This document shows, piece after piece, positions 10,691 through 21,462 of a stretch of 64,000 nucleotides of DNA. The notes under the pieces are model-generated. The model searched no databases. It was not told the DNA's origin and saw only the letters and a list, made by a program, of their open reading frames with translations. The first letter of the stretch is position 1; each line of letters begins with the position of its first letter. The position numbers and the translations under genes were made by a program. The stretch comes from Opitutales bacterium. Its GTDB lineage: Bacteria; Verrucomicrobiota; Verrucomicrobiia; Opitutales; UBA953. The DNA is taken from assembly GCA_009691685.1 (NCBI GenBank), contig SIAU01000003.1, positions 4,323 to 68,322 on the forward strand, written 5' to 3'.

Positions 10691-11743
10691 TTATAAACGC
10701 AAAATTCTATCTAGGCGTGCTAAACTTTCTCCAATCAACCCAGCCATCGTTTTATGCATTCGAAAAGCTGGCTCACGATGATACTCCGCCAGCCCTTCCG
10801 CTAATTCAATCGCCTTTTCGGGCGAAGTTAAAATATTCGCATCCATCGCCGCCAATAAGTCCCGCATTCTTTCGGGCGCTGCTAATAACCGACGGTGAAT
10901 CAACGATTGTTCTTCTCTTCGATACTGTGCGGCGGAAGCGGCATTAATATGCTTGGCGCAAAGTTGGGTAAAGGGACGGTTTTCTTTAAACGAACCAGGT
11001 AAATAAAATCTCAACCTGCCATCATATGATTGTTGGTCAAAATCCATCGCTCTCACTCGAATGGCGGTTGCATCAAAATCGGGTGTAACGGCGATGACAA
11101 AATTATAGGCCCGCATATCACCCAATAATCTTACTAAACAACGCTCCTCAAATTTGATTAATTCTTTGGCCAGGCGCACGGGGTGATGGCTATCCGCGTC
11201 GATCCATTTTTCGGCAAAAATATCGCCCGGGATGCCCGTGACATGTTCCTCTACTAAAGTATCCCCCCAGGTGAGGTAATGCATTCGATTAGGCGAAAGC
11301 AGGTGTTCTAGTTCTAAACCACAAACCCGCGAAGCATCCCCCCTTTTCACATAAAAATAATCATGATTTTCGTTATAGGCATTAACAATGCGGACGCGAA
11401 AAGGCTGAGAATTTCCAAAAGAACAAAAATCAATCCGTTCGACATAGACGTGACTAAAAACTTTTAAACCTCCTTCGCCACGCAGCAGTGCATAGGTTTC
11501 TAAAAGGCCCTGCGAAAGTTTAACCATCTCCTCTTGGTGATACGCTACCGTTTCCCAAAGCGTATCTTTACCGCGTTCTAATAATGGAGCGGACGTAGAA
11601 AAATCACGAAGTTGAGAATAGGTCACCGGTAGGGCCACCTCACGGCCTTCTTTAGCTAAGTATTCCCGCAGAATATTTCCAATCGGATAGGCGGGCTTTC
11701 GATTCGTCCGTTTAAATTCTGCCGCTGAGCCCGCGTCATCCAT
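10691..11743 (-). CDS. hypothetical protein, possible protein-kinase-like fold
   Basis: 350-aa ORF coupled to the upstream Nudix gene through TAATG. Motifs YFYVKRGD, LLGDMRAYNFVI and AMDFDQQS are spaced like the beta3 Lys, catalytic loop and DFG-type loop. The fold call is inference only. Confidence 0.5.
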   Translation of the reverse strand: MDDAGSAAEFKRTNRKPAYPIGNILREYLAKEGREVALPVTYSQLRDFSTSAPLLERGKDTLWETVAYHQEEMVKLSQGLLETYALLRGEGGLKVFSHVYVERIDFCSFGNSQPFRVRIVNAYNENHDYFYVKRGDASRVCGLELEHLLSPNRMHYLTWGDTLVEEHVTGIPGDIFAEKWIDADSHHPVRLAKELIKFEERCLVRLLGDMRAYNFVIAVTPDFDATAIRVRAMDFDQQSYDGRLRFYLPGSFKENRPFTQLCAKHINAASAAQYRREEQSLIHRRLLAAPERMRDLLAAMDANILTSPEKAIELAEGLAEYHREPAFRMHKTMAGLIGESLARLDRILRL

Positions 11744-12264
11744 TAATCTAAGTTAGGCTTATCTTGTGTTTCCTCAATGACCATTTCGAGGGGCTTATCT
11801 GGGTGACACTCCGCGCGGTAGGAAATAAAACCGCGATGGTGTTGATCGTAAATGGGCCACAACAGCGTTTTGTCGGATTCAGGAACGGCGATATGGTTTA
11901 TTTCTTCGCGTGAAAACCAACCAAAATGGCCTTCATCAATTGTGGGAGGGAGACCGGAAAGCGGCAGGCGACAGGTGAAGAGAAACATGAGCCAGTGATT
12001 TTGTCCTTCATATCCTTTTTCAGAAATCATCCCAAAGAGGTGTAGGTCTTCAGTCTGTATTTTTTTGCCCACCTCTTCTTCCACTTCGCGCACCGCACAC
12101 TCGAAAGGGGATTCGCCCGTACTGGTTTCTAGTTTTCCACCGACCGGACTCCAGCAGCCCACGTTCGGTGCTTTTCTGCGTTGAATAAGTAAAAATTTAC
12201 CCGCTGCGTCGTAAAGAAACACCAGCACACTAATCTTATAGGGTAGCGGTGTGTTGGGTGACAT
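11743..12264 (-). CDS. Nudix hydrolase
   Basis: Nudix box GGKLETSTGESPFECAVREVEEEVG. Confidence 0.85.
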   Translation of the reverse strand: MSPNTPLPYKISVLVFLYDAAGKFLLIQRRKAPNVGCWSPVGGKLETSTGESPFECAVREVEEEVGKKIQTEDLHLFGMISEKGYEGQNHWLMFLFTCRLPLSGLPPTIDEGHFGWFSREEINHIAVPESDKTLLWPIYDQHHRGFISYRAECHPDKPLEMVIEETQDKPNLD

Positions 12265-12356
12265 AATAATACCCTGATGAGAAACCTAAAATTAACAACC
12301 AAAAGAAAGTAAATTGATTAGGTTGCATCAAAAAATTCTAAATTTAAATAGAGACT

Positions 12357-13172
12357 ATGCCCGAGCTCGCCGAAGTTGAATATTTTAGAAAGCAGTGGAA
12401 CCCGGGCATGGGTAAGATGGTTAAAGAAATCATTATAAATAAAAAAGCCCGAGTTTTTAGGGGCGAGAAAACTGAGGTTATAAAAAAACTTATTAAACAG
12501 ACCCGCTTCAATACTTCAGCCGCGGCGGCTAAACAAATGGTCTTTCTTTTTGATAAAAACCTTTGGATTGGAATCCACCTAGGGATGACGGGTCGCATAG
12601 AGTGTCGCCCCAAAAATCAAACATCGATTAAACACGACCAGTTGATTTTAAAAATGTCATCCGGCCATCAACTAGTTTTTAATGATCCGCGCCAATTTGG
12701 GAGGGTACAGTTTTTTCAAGGCGAAGGCGTCCCGCCGTGGTGGGCCAAAATTTCGCCTGCGATTCTTTCCAAAGAATTTAACGAAAAAGAGGTGGCTAAT
12801 TTTTTAAAACGCAGAAAAGGAAGTCCAATCAAAGCAGTCTTATTAATGCAAGAGAGGTTTCCGGGAATAGGTAATTGGATGGCTGACGAGATTTTATGGC
12901 GTGCGGGTTTTCACCCAGCTTCGCGTGCGGGCAAGTTTGGGGCCAAGTCTACTCATTTATTATTCAAAAATATACGCGAAGTTTGTCGCGATGCTTTTAG
13001 GGTCATTGGTAAAGACTGGTCCGACCCTCCTGATAGTTGGCTATTTAATCATCGATGGAAAAAGGGCGGGCGCTGCCCTAAAACAAAAGTTTTACTAGAA
13101 AGAAAGACGATTGGCGGTCGCACGAGTTGTTGGTCACCAACACGCCAAAAATTAGGAGCGGAACGCCGTTGA
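12357..13172 (+). CDS. mutM: Fpg/Nei-family DNA glycosylase/AP lyase with degenerate zinc finger
   Basis: N-terminus MPELAEVE (catalytic Pro2/Glu3) and an H2TH region GIGNWMADEILWRAG. The C-terminus has only 2 of the 4 zinc-finger Cys. Confidence 0.8.
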   Translation: MPELAEVEYFRKQWNPGMGKMVKEIIINKKARVFRGEKTEVIKKLIKQTRFNTSAAAAKQMVFLFDKNLWIGIHLGMTGRIECRPKNQTSIKHDQLILKMSSGHQLVFNDPRQFGRVQFFQGEGVPPWWAKISPAILSKEFNEKEVANFLKRRKGSPIKAVLLMQERFPGIGNWMADEILWRAGFHPASRAGKFGAKSTHLLFKNIREVCRDAFRVIGKDWSDPPDSWLFNHRWKKGGRCPKTKVLLERKTIGGRTSCWSPTRQKLGAERR

Positions 13173-13202
13173 CCTTCTTCACGGATAAACAAATTTAAAC
13201 CT

Positions 13203-13763
13203 ATGCGTATTACGGGTGGCATCGCACGTGGCATTCAACTGCGCGTTCCTTCTAGGGGCGGAGTCCGTCCAGCCACGGACTACATTCGCGAAGCGGTATT
13301 TAGTTCAATGGCTGCTTTTATTCCGGGGGCCACGGTGTTAGATTTATTTGCTGGAACAGGAGCTTATGCTCTTGAGTCCCTGAGTCGTGGGGCAAAGTCA
13401 GCCACCTGTATTGATTTGCACGCCGGGAGTGATTTAAGTGCGAATGCCCAGGCGGTTGCGAAGTCGATGCAACTACCGACCTTACCGCTGAATATTATTA
13501 CGGGCGATGCGACGAAGCCCATAAAGACAGAGGAAAAATACGATATTGTTTTTGCGGATCCACCCTGGCAATTATGGGAAACCAAGGGCGAGGAAATTGC
13601 CCAAAATGCCGTCGACTGTGCTCAGTCATCCTTTGATGCCCGAGTTATTTTAGAAGCTCCGGGTGGCTTTAATGTTCCGATTCCAAACGGATGGAAATTA
13701 AAGAAAATTATTGGTAAAGGAAAAGATCAGCCCGCTGCGTCCATTTTAGTACGTGTAGAATAA
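13203..13763 (+). CDS. rsmD: 16S rRNA (guanine966-N2)-methyltransferase
   Basis: LDLFAGTGAYALE SAM motif and DIVFADPPW catalytic motif; about 185 aa. Confidence 0.85.
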   Translation: MRITGGIARGIQLRVPSRGGVRPATDYIREAVFSSMAAFIPGATVLDLFAGTGAYALESLSRGAKSATCIDLHAGSDLSANAQAVAKSMQLPTLPLNIITGDATKPIKTEEKYDIVFADPPWQLWETKGEEIAQNAVDCAQSSFDARVILEAPGGFNVPIPNGWKLKKIIGKGKDQPAASILVRVE

Positions 13764-14501
13764 TTACTCAATTAAACCTCGGTGAGGCTGCCATGCATTT
13801 AATTCCGAAAGCATTAATACGCTTCCCGCAATGCAAGCGGTTTCGACCCTTAAGATGCGAGCGCCTAAATGATAAAAACTAAAGCCGTTGGTTTTTAAAA
13901 CGGAGCGTTCGTCATCAGACCATCCACGCTCTGGGCCAATGGCCAGGGTGCCGAAAGAAAAACTCCCCATTTTGGTTTTTAAAGATTCTTTTGCTGTATA
14001 GGGATCCAGTGACACTCGCCACGCCTGTGGATGTAGTAATTTTATTCCTTCCTCAATGGACGAGACATGGATAACTTCGGGAACAAGGCAGGAGCAGGCT
14101 TGCTCGGTTCCACGCAAAAGAAAATCTTCCCATTCGTTATTTTTCCAGAGTGAACTCGAGAGATACCCCGGGTCGCCTTTTTCCGAAACAAAAAAGATAA
14201 TTTTACTAAGACCCAAACTCGCCGCGTCATATAATATTTTTTTCGCCGTTTGCGGCCGGGGGAGGCCCACGAGTAACTCCAAAGGGAGTCTCGCTTGTTT
14301 TTCTTTTTCCCATTGGACCGCGAAGATGAGTCGCGGGCTTATTTTTTGAATCGTCGCTAAACCACGAAACTCATTTTTTATTCCCACGTAGAAAGTTTTA
14401 CCCGGTTGTAGGCCGACCGTTTGGGTTAAGTGAATTGTGCGCGGGTCTTCTAGGGGGATACCATGGGTCGACTCTTCTTTATTAATCAGAACGAGATTCA
14501 C
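13764..14501 (-). CDS. rsmE: 16S rRNA (uracil1498-N3)-methyltransferase
   Basis: SPOUT C-terminal knot motifs LAIGPERGWSDDE and LGARILRVETA. Confidence 0.8.
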   Translation of the reverse strand: MNLVLINKEESTHGIPLEDPRTIHLTQTVGLQPGKTFYVGIKNEFRGLATIQKISPRLIFAVQWEKEKQARLPLELLVGLPRPQTAKKILYDAASLGLSKIIFFVSEKGDPGYLSSSLWKNNEWEDFLLRGTEQACSCLVPEVIHVSSIEEGIKLLHPQAWRVSLDPYTAKESLKTKMGSFSFGTLAIGPERGWSDDERSVLKTNGFSFYHLGARILRVETACIAGSVLMLSELNAWQPHRGLIE

Positions 14502-14586
14502 AGAGGGTAGGGTGATAAATCTTATTTAGGTGGCGAGAGGTAAGGCTAACGCTTGCCCAATTCGCGGACTTCACTATTTTAGATTC

Positions 14587-15222
14587 ATGGACCTTTCGGA
14601 ATTAAGAAAAGAATACGCCACCCGCGGGCTTAGCCGCGACGAGTTGCTGGACTCTCCTTTGGCCCAGTTTAAGGTTTGGTTCGATCAAGCGAAGGTCTCC
14701 GGAATCACCGAGCCCAATGCCATGGTTTTATCTACGGTAAAAGAAGGAGGGTCGCCGCTTTCGCGTGCCGTATTATTAAAGTCGGCCGATGAGAGAGGTT
14801 TAGCCTTCTATACTAATTATAACAGTAACAAGGGGAGGAATTTAGCCCAAGATCCACGGGCCTCGCTTCTGTTTCCCTGGTTCGCCTTAGAGAGACAAAT
14901 ACACATAAATGGTTCAGTGATAAAGACTTCTGAAACTGAATCCGATGCCTATTTTGCCCGACGACCCTACGGTAGTCAGCTCGGCGCGTGGGTTTCCGAG
15001 CAAAGTGAGACCATACCCGATCAGATGCAGTTAGAGCACTTATTAGAGGAATTTAGGAAGAAATACCCCGAAGGTCAGGTTCCCAGACCTCCACACTGGG
15101 GTGGTTTTATCTTAATTCCTGAGAGTTTTGAATTTTGGCAGGGTCGATTAAATAGGCTCCATGACCGATTCATTTATACGCAATCACAGGGTAAATGGGC
15201 TATATCACGGCTCTCCCCTTAG
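14587..15222 (+). CDS. pdxH: pyridoxamine 5'-phosphate oxidase
   Basis: Start moved to the ATG at 14587 (MDLSELRKEY). Motifs RAVLLK, FYTNYNS-K and FEFWQGRLNRLHDRF present. Confidence 0.85.
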   Translation: MDLSELRKEYATRGLSRDELLDSPLAQFKVWFDQAKVSGITEPNAMVLSTVKEGGSPLSRAVLLKSADERGLAFYTNYNSNKGRNLAQDPRASLLFPWFALERQIHINGSVIKTSETESDAYFARRPYGSQLGAWVSEQSETIPDQMQLEHLLEEFRKKYPEGQVPRPPHWGGFILIPESFEFWQGRLNRLHDRFIYTQSQGKWAISRLSP

Positions 15223-15302
15223 GTTGGCTTACAATAAGATAAATTAATGGGGGCGGGGGTGGGGGCTAACGAAAAGAAATCTTTTCCGCCAAGTGTTGAC
15301 CT

Positions 15303-16190
15303 ATGCCCCTGCAAACATTCAAACCTACCTTCCGCCTAATGCGCCCCTTTTATCTAATAGCTGCCCTATTTTTCCCGGCCTTCGTTTTTGCGAAAGACGG
15401 TGGGGTGAGTCAGCGCGCCGAGACTTTATTTAATATTGGAGAGTTCGGAGTCACTAACTCGATTCTCACTACCTGGATATTGGTGGTGATCATTATTGTG
15501 GCCGTGCGCCTCTTAGTGGGCACCCCTAAAATTATTCCCTCCAAAGGACAGGCCTTGGTGGAGAACATGGCATCAGGCTTGCGTGACACCTTAGAGCCGA
15601 TTGTCGGTAAAAACATGATTGGAAAAGTTTTTCCAACCCTCTGCGGATTTTTTGTATTTATTCTTTTAATGAACTGGAGCGGACTACTTCCAGGCGTCGG
15701 CACCATTAAATACCAACAGGGTACACAATGGGTTGATGCGATTCGTCCAGCTACTTCAGATTTAAACACCACCCTCGCCCTCAGCGTGATTTCTTTCCTC
15801 GCTTGGACTTATTTTGTGTTACGTTACGCTGGATTAAAAGTGCTCATTTTTGATTTATTCGGCAATAAAGCGGACAAAAAAGAAATCGGTTTTCCGATGT
15901 GGATTTTATTGAGTTTTATTTTTCTCGGAGTGGGCGGCATTGAAATAGTTTCGATCGCCTTCCGTTTAATTTCTCTCTCCTTCCGACTCTACGGCAATGT
16001 CTTTGGTGGAGAAAATTTAATTCACTCACTCGGCGGACTCGCCCCTTATGTCGTGCCTGCCCTTGCCGCATTGTTAGAAGTTTTAGTCGGTCTCATTCAA
16101 GCTTTTGTCTTCACCCTATTATCAGCCGTTTATATCGGCCTCATTTGTAATCACGAAGGCGGTCACGCCGACGAACAGCACGCCCACTAA
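15303..16190 (+). CDS. atpB: F0F1 ATP synthase subunit a
   Basis: Polytopic protein with the conserved Arg helix LSFRLYGNVFGGE. The start could instead be the internal Met at 15339. Confidence 0.9.
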   Translation: MPLQTFKPTFRLMRPFYLIAALFFPAFVFAKDGGVSQRAETLFNIGEFGVTNSILTTWILVVIIIVAVRLLVGTPKIIPSKGQALVENMASGLRDTLEPIVGKNMIGKVFPTLCGFFVFILLMNWSGLLPGVGTIKYQQGTQWVDAIRPATSDLNTTLALSVISFLAWTYFVLRYAGLKVLIFDLFGNKADKKEIGFPMWILLSFIFLGVGGIEIVSIAFRLISLSFRLYGNVFGGENLIHSLGGLAPYVVPALAALLEVLVGLIQAFVFTLLSAVYIGLICNHEGGHADEQHAH

Positions 16191-16268
16191 CTTTACTTTC
16201 AAGGCGTATGACTTGCTGGGACTTCCCCGGGCGGTGCGTTAAGAAAAAACCAAAAAACAAAACATAAT

Positions 16269-16472
16269 ATGATCATCGCTGAAATCACTGGTTCACTCCC
16301 TGCCGCTGTTGGCTGCTTCGCTGCCGCTATCGGTGTAGGTCTCGTTGGCGCTAAAGCCGTCGAGTCCGTAGGTCGTAATCCCGAAGCTTCCGGTAAGATC
16401 CTCGTCCAGTCTATTCTGGGCATGGCTCTCGCTGAAGCTGTTGCGTTCTACGCAATCTTCCTCGCGAAGTAA
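16269..16472 (+). CDS. atpE: F0F1 ATP synthase subunit c
   Basis: 67-aa two-helix proteolipid with a Gly-rich helix 1 (AAIGVGLVGA) and a carboxylate in LAEAVAFY. Confidence 0.9.
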   Translation: MIIAEITGSLPAAVGCFAAAIGVGLVGAKAVESVGRNPEASGKILVQSILGMALAEAVAFYAIFLAK

Positions 16473-16485
16473 ACGGATTGGCGGT

Positions 16486-16505
16486 GTGGCCCCGCAAGGG
16501 GCCAC
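16486..16505 (+). promoter_or_regulatory. intra-operon stem-loop after atpE (8-bp GC-rich stem, GCAA loop, no U-tract)
   Basis: GTGGCCCC-GCAA-GGGGCCAC is a perfect hairpin 14 nt after the atpE stop. It is followed by GCTGTTCACC, so no T run. Confidence 0.5.
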
Positions 16506-16544
16506 GCTGTTCACCTCAAGCGCATCATTTAAAAAATTTAAGTT

Positions 16545-17138
16545 ATGAAACTCTTCTCACTTCTACTCAACACTGCCACTCCGGCCGCACCTGCTGCCCA
16601 TAGCGCCACCGAATCCTCCAACCCCCTAGATGGTATCATTAAACTCTTTGGTGATTTCGGCGTCGATGCCCCTCACTTAATCGCCCAGTTGGTTAACTTC
16701 TCAATTCTCGCTTTTGTGCTCTACAAATTTGCGATTAAGCCCGCCCTCGGACAGTTAGAAGAGCGTATTCGCCAAGCCGAACAATTACAAAGCGATCGCT
16801 TACAGGCCGAACAAAAACTGCTCGATGCTAAAAAGACCGCCCAAGCGGAATTACAAAAAGCTTCAGAAGAAGCTGCGAAAATTTTAACCGACGCTCGTAA
16901 TAGTGCTAAGCAAACCATCGAAGCATCCAAAGGTGAAGCCGTTGCGGCGGTTGCCGAAATTACCCGCAAAGGAAAAGAATCACTCGAAGCAGATCGCCGC
17001 CAAATGCTCAACGAAGTGCGTGGTGAAGTTTCCCGTTTAGTCGTCGAAACCGCGGCGAAAGTTTTAGAACAGAATTTAGACGACGCTCAACGCACTCGTC
17101 TTAACGAAGCTGCCGTTAAACAACTTTCTTCCAAATAA
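16545..17138 (+). CDS. atpF: F0F1 ATP synthase subunit b
   Basis: Single TM (LIAQLVNFSILAFVLYKF) followed by a long Ala/Glu/Lys-rich helix. It has an N-terminal extension of about 35 aa. Confidence 0.85.
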   Translation: MKLFSLLLNTATPAAPAAHSATESSNPLDGIIKLFGDFGVDAPHLIAQLVNFSILAFVLYKFAIKPALGQLEERIRQAEQLQSDRLQAEQKLLDAKKTAQAELQKASEEAAKILTDARNSAKQTIEASKGEAVAAVAEITRKGKESLEADRRQMLNEVRGEVSRLVVETAAKVLEQNLDDAQRTRLNEAAVKQLSSK

Positions 17139-17144
17139 TTTCAA

Positions 17145-17540
17145 ATGTCGTCTCGCTCAGTTAAAGTAGAAGCCAAAAAACTCTTAGCCCTCTCTTTAGA
17201 GTCGGGTGTGGTTTCGGCTGAGCGCGTCGAAGCGGTTTTAAGCACTCTTCAAAAATCTCGCCCCGCTTACAGCTTACGTCCCCTCCTCCGTGCTTATTTA
17301 GTAAACGTTCGTAAGGAGATTACGAGTGGTGAAGCTTTAATTGAACACGCGGGTCCTCTTTCCGCAAGTGATGCTTCAAGTATCGCCTCCCATTTTTCCA
17401 AATCACTTTCACGTACCGTTGTACCGGTTGCTCGTCGTAACGATGCACTCTTAGCCGGCTTCCGCGTGAGAGTAGGCGACGATGTTATTGATTTAACCGC
17501 TGCCCATCGCCTGAGCAATTTAACCAAATCACTTTCCTAA
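17145..17540 (+). CDS. atpH: F0F1 ATP synthase subunit delta (short form, 131 aa)
   Basis: Lies between atpF and atpA. The C-terminal LLAGFRVRVGDDVIDLT motif matches the delta/OSCP C-terminus. Confidence 0.7.
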   Translation: MSSRSVKVEAKKLLALSLESGVVSAERVEAVLSTLQKSRPAYSLRPLLRAYLVNVRKEITSGEALIEHAGPLSASDASSIASHFSKSLSRTVVPVARRNDALLAGFRVRVGDDVIDLTAAHRLSNLTKSLS

Positions 17541-17564
17541 ACCTAAACCTATTTATATAAAAAC

Positions 17565-19091
17565 ATGAGTAACGTAATTGACCAAATTCAAAAAGCCATC
17601 GCTGGCCTCGACACCCGTGCGGGCAAAGCCAACGTGGGAACTATTGTGACCCTCGCCGACGGTGTTGCCTCCATTGATGGATTATCCGGAGTCATGATGA
17701 ATGAAATGATTGAACTCCCGGGTGGTCTTCAGGGCGTCGCGCTCAACCTCGCCGAAGACACGGTGGGTTGCGTAATCATGGGCGACATCTCTGGCCTTAA
17801 AGAAGGCATGGAAGCTAAGACCACCGGACGTCTTCTTTCAGTTCCCGTAGGTAAAGGTTTATTGGGTCGCGTGGTTGACGCTCTCGGTAATCCAATCGAC
17901 GGCAAAGGTCCCATCCAAAGCACCGAGCGCTACCCTGTAGAAAAAATTGCTCCCGGTATCACTCCTCGTAAGTCAGTCGATCAACCGATGCAAACAGGTA
18001 TCATGGCGATCGATGCGATGATTCCCGTGGGTCGTGGTCAGCGCGAGTTAATCATCGGTGACCGTGCAACGGGCAAGACCACCATCGCGATCGATACCAT
18101 TATTAATCAAGCGAACGCTAATCGTGTAGGTCTCGCTTCGGGTGATGCAAAATTCCGTCCAGTATTTTCTATCTACGTCGCAATCGGACAAAAGAATTCC
18201 TCGATCGCACGTACTGTAGGCATTTTAGAAAAAGCAGGCGCCATGGAATATTGCTGTGTGGTTGCCGCTCCTGCCGCGGATAACGCTGCTAACCAACTCT
18301 TTGCTCCTTTCTCTGGAACGGCCATCGGTGAATGGTTTATGGAAAACGGACAAGATGCCCTGATTGTTTATGATGACTTATCTAAACACGCGGCTGCTTA
18401 CCGCCAAATTTCCTTAATCTTAAAACGTCCTTCCGGCCGTGAAGCTTATCCTGGTGACGTGTTTTATTTACACTCCCGTCTCCTTGAGCGCTCTGCCCGC
18501 CTAAATGGTAAAGGTTCACTCACCGCACTTCCGATTATTGAAACTCAAGCGGGTGACGTCTCGGCGTATATTCCTACGAACGTGATTTCGATTACCGATG
18601 GTCAGATTTTTTTACAGACTGATTTATTTAATCAAGGTATCCGTCCTGCGGTTTCCGTAGGTCTCTCAGTTTCACGCGTAGGATCGGCCGCACAAATCAA
18701 AGCCTTTAAACAAGTGGCTGGTAAAGTTAAGGGAGAACTCGCTCAGTACCGCGAACTCGCTGCCTTCGCTCAATTCGGTTCTGACTTAGATGCTCAAACC
18801 AAAGCGGTTCTCGATAAAGGTGACCGTTTCGTTGAGCTCTTTAAACAACCTCCGACTGCTCCTAAGTCTGCGGAAATTCAGTGTGCTTTAATTTGGGCGA
18901 TGCAAAACGGTTTCTTCGCGGATATTGCCGTGAAGTCGGTTACCAAAGCCTCTTCCACCCTCCAGGAATATCTCGAAACTACCAAACCGTCCGTCCTCAC
19001 AAAAATTCGTGCGGGTGAGAAAATTGATGACGCTGGTTCGGCTGAATTAAAGTCAGCCTGCGAAAACTGGAAACGTAGTTTCAAAGCTTAA
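17565..19091 (+). CDS. atpA: F0F1 ATP synthase subunit alpha
   Basis: Walker A GDRATGKT; typical alpha length and motifs. Confidence 0.95.
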   Translation: MSNVIDQIQKAIAGLDTRAGKANVGTIVTLADGVASIDGLSGVMMNEMIELPGGLQGVALNLAEDTVGCVIMGDISGLKEGMEAKTTGRLLSVPVGKGLLGRVVDALGNPIDGKGPIQSTERYPVEKIAPGITPRKSVDQPMQTGIMAIDAMIPVGRGQRELIIGDRATGKTTIAIDTIINQANANRVGLASGDAKFRPVFSIYVAIGQKNSSIARTVGILEKAGAMEYCCVVAAPAADNAANQLFAPFSGTAIGEWFMENGQDALIVYDDLSKHAAAYRQISLILKRPSGREAYPGDVFYLHSRLLERSARLNGKGSLTALPIIETQAGDVSAYIPTNVISITDGQIFLQTDLFNQGIRPAVSVGLSVSRVGSAAQIKAFKQVAGKVKGELAQYRELAAFAQFGSDLDAQTKAVLDKGDRFVELFKQPPTAPKSAEIQCALIWAMQNGFFADIAVKSVTKASSTLQEYLETTKPSVLTKIRAGEKIDDAGSAELKSACENWKRSFKA

Positions 19092-19111
19092 TTATTTTTT
19101 AACACCCCTTC

Positions 19112-19990
19112 ATGCCTAAAGGACTCCGCGAGATTCGTAACCGAATAAAATCGGTGAAAAGCACTGCTCAGATTACTCGAGCAATGCAACTCGTGGCTTC
19201 CTCTAAAATGAAGCGCGCCCAAGACGCCGCTCAAGGTAGTCGCGTATATGCTGAGCTCCTGGGTGAAATTCTAGACACCGCCATTTCTAAGGTAGGCGAA
19301 TTCAGTCACCCACTCTTAACCAAGAGAAACGTCAAGACCCGCGGAATTATTTTAGTGACTGCCGACAAAGGTTTATGTGGCCCCTTAAATGGTAATTTAA
19401 TTCGTCAAGCTGCTGAAATCAAAAACGCTTCCTTTGTTTGTATCGGGCGAAAAGGTTCCCAAGCAATCGCACGTTCGGGCCGTACCTTACTCGCCGATTT
19501 CCCGGTTTCTGATCGGGCGAACTTCAGCGAAGTCCGCCCCGCCGCAGAATTTTTACTTAAAGCTTTTAGCGAAGGAATTGTAGACACCGTAGAAATTCTC
19601 TACGCTCACTTTAAAAACACCCTTATTCAGGTTCCTCGCCTCCAACAACTCTTACCGGCTGACAATTTAGTTACTCAGGCCAAAGAGTTGCGTGCTAAAT
19701 TAGGACTCCCGGACCCTAAAGTTGAAAAAGATGAACGTGAAATGATTTTTGAACCTTCGGTTGAAGTCATTTTAAATCAACTCCCCGAACTTTTCTTTAA
19801 ACAAGCCGTCCACCAAGCCATTTTAGAAGCCCGAGCTTCCGAACACAGCGCCCGCATGGTGGCCATGAAAGCAGCGACCGATAATGCTAAGAAATTAGCC
19901 GGTGCGCTCTCGCTTGAATATAATAAAGCCCGCCAAGCTGCGATTACCCAGGAGATTCTCGAAATCACGGCCGCTGCTTCCCAAGGATAA
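19112..19990 (+). CDS. atpG: F0F1 ATP synthase subunit gamma
   Basis: N-terminus IRNRIKSVKSTAQITRAMQLVASSK and C-terminus RQAAITQEILEI. Confidence 0.95.
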   Translation: MPKGLREIRNRIKSVKSTAQITRAMQLVASSKMKRAQDAAQGSRVYAELLGEILDTAISKVGEFSHPLLTKRNVKTRGIILVTADKGLCGPLNGNLIRQAAEIKNASFVCIGRKGSQAIARSGRTLLADFPVSDRANFSEVRPAAEFLLKAFSEGIVDTVEILYAHFKNTLIQVPRLQQLLPADNLVTQAKELRAKLGLPDPKVEKDEREMIFEPSVEVILNQLPELFFKQAVHQAILEARASEHSARMVAMKAATDNAKKLAGALSLEYNKARQAAITQEILEITAAASQG

Positions 19991-20010
19991 TTTTCTCAAC
20001 CCACCTTTAA

Positions 20011-21461
<1,451 letters not shown>

Positions 21462-21462
<1 letters not shown>

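Noticed and set aside
15249-15265. G-run GGGGGCGGGGGTGGGGG upstream of atpB as a possible G-quadruplex or regulatory element.
   Set aside because: There are only three G-tracts, so a canonical four-tract G4 is not possible without splitting runs. I have no supporting evidence. It could simply be part of the atp promoter or leader.
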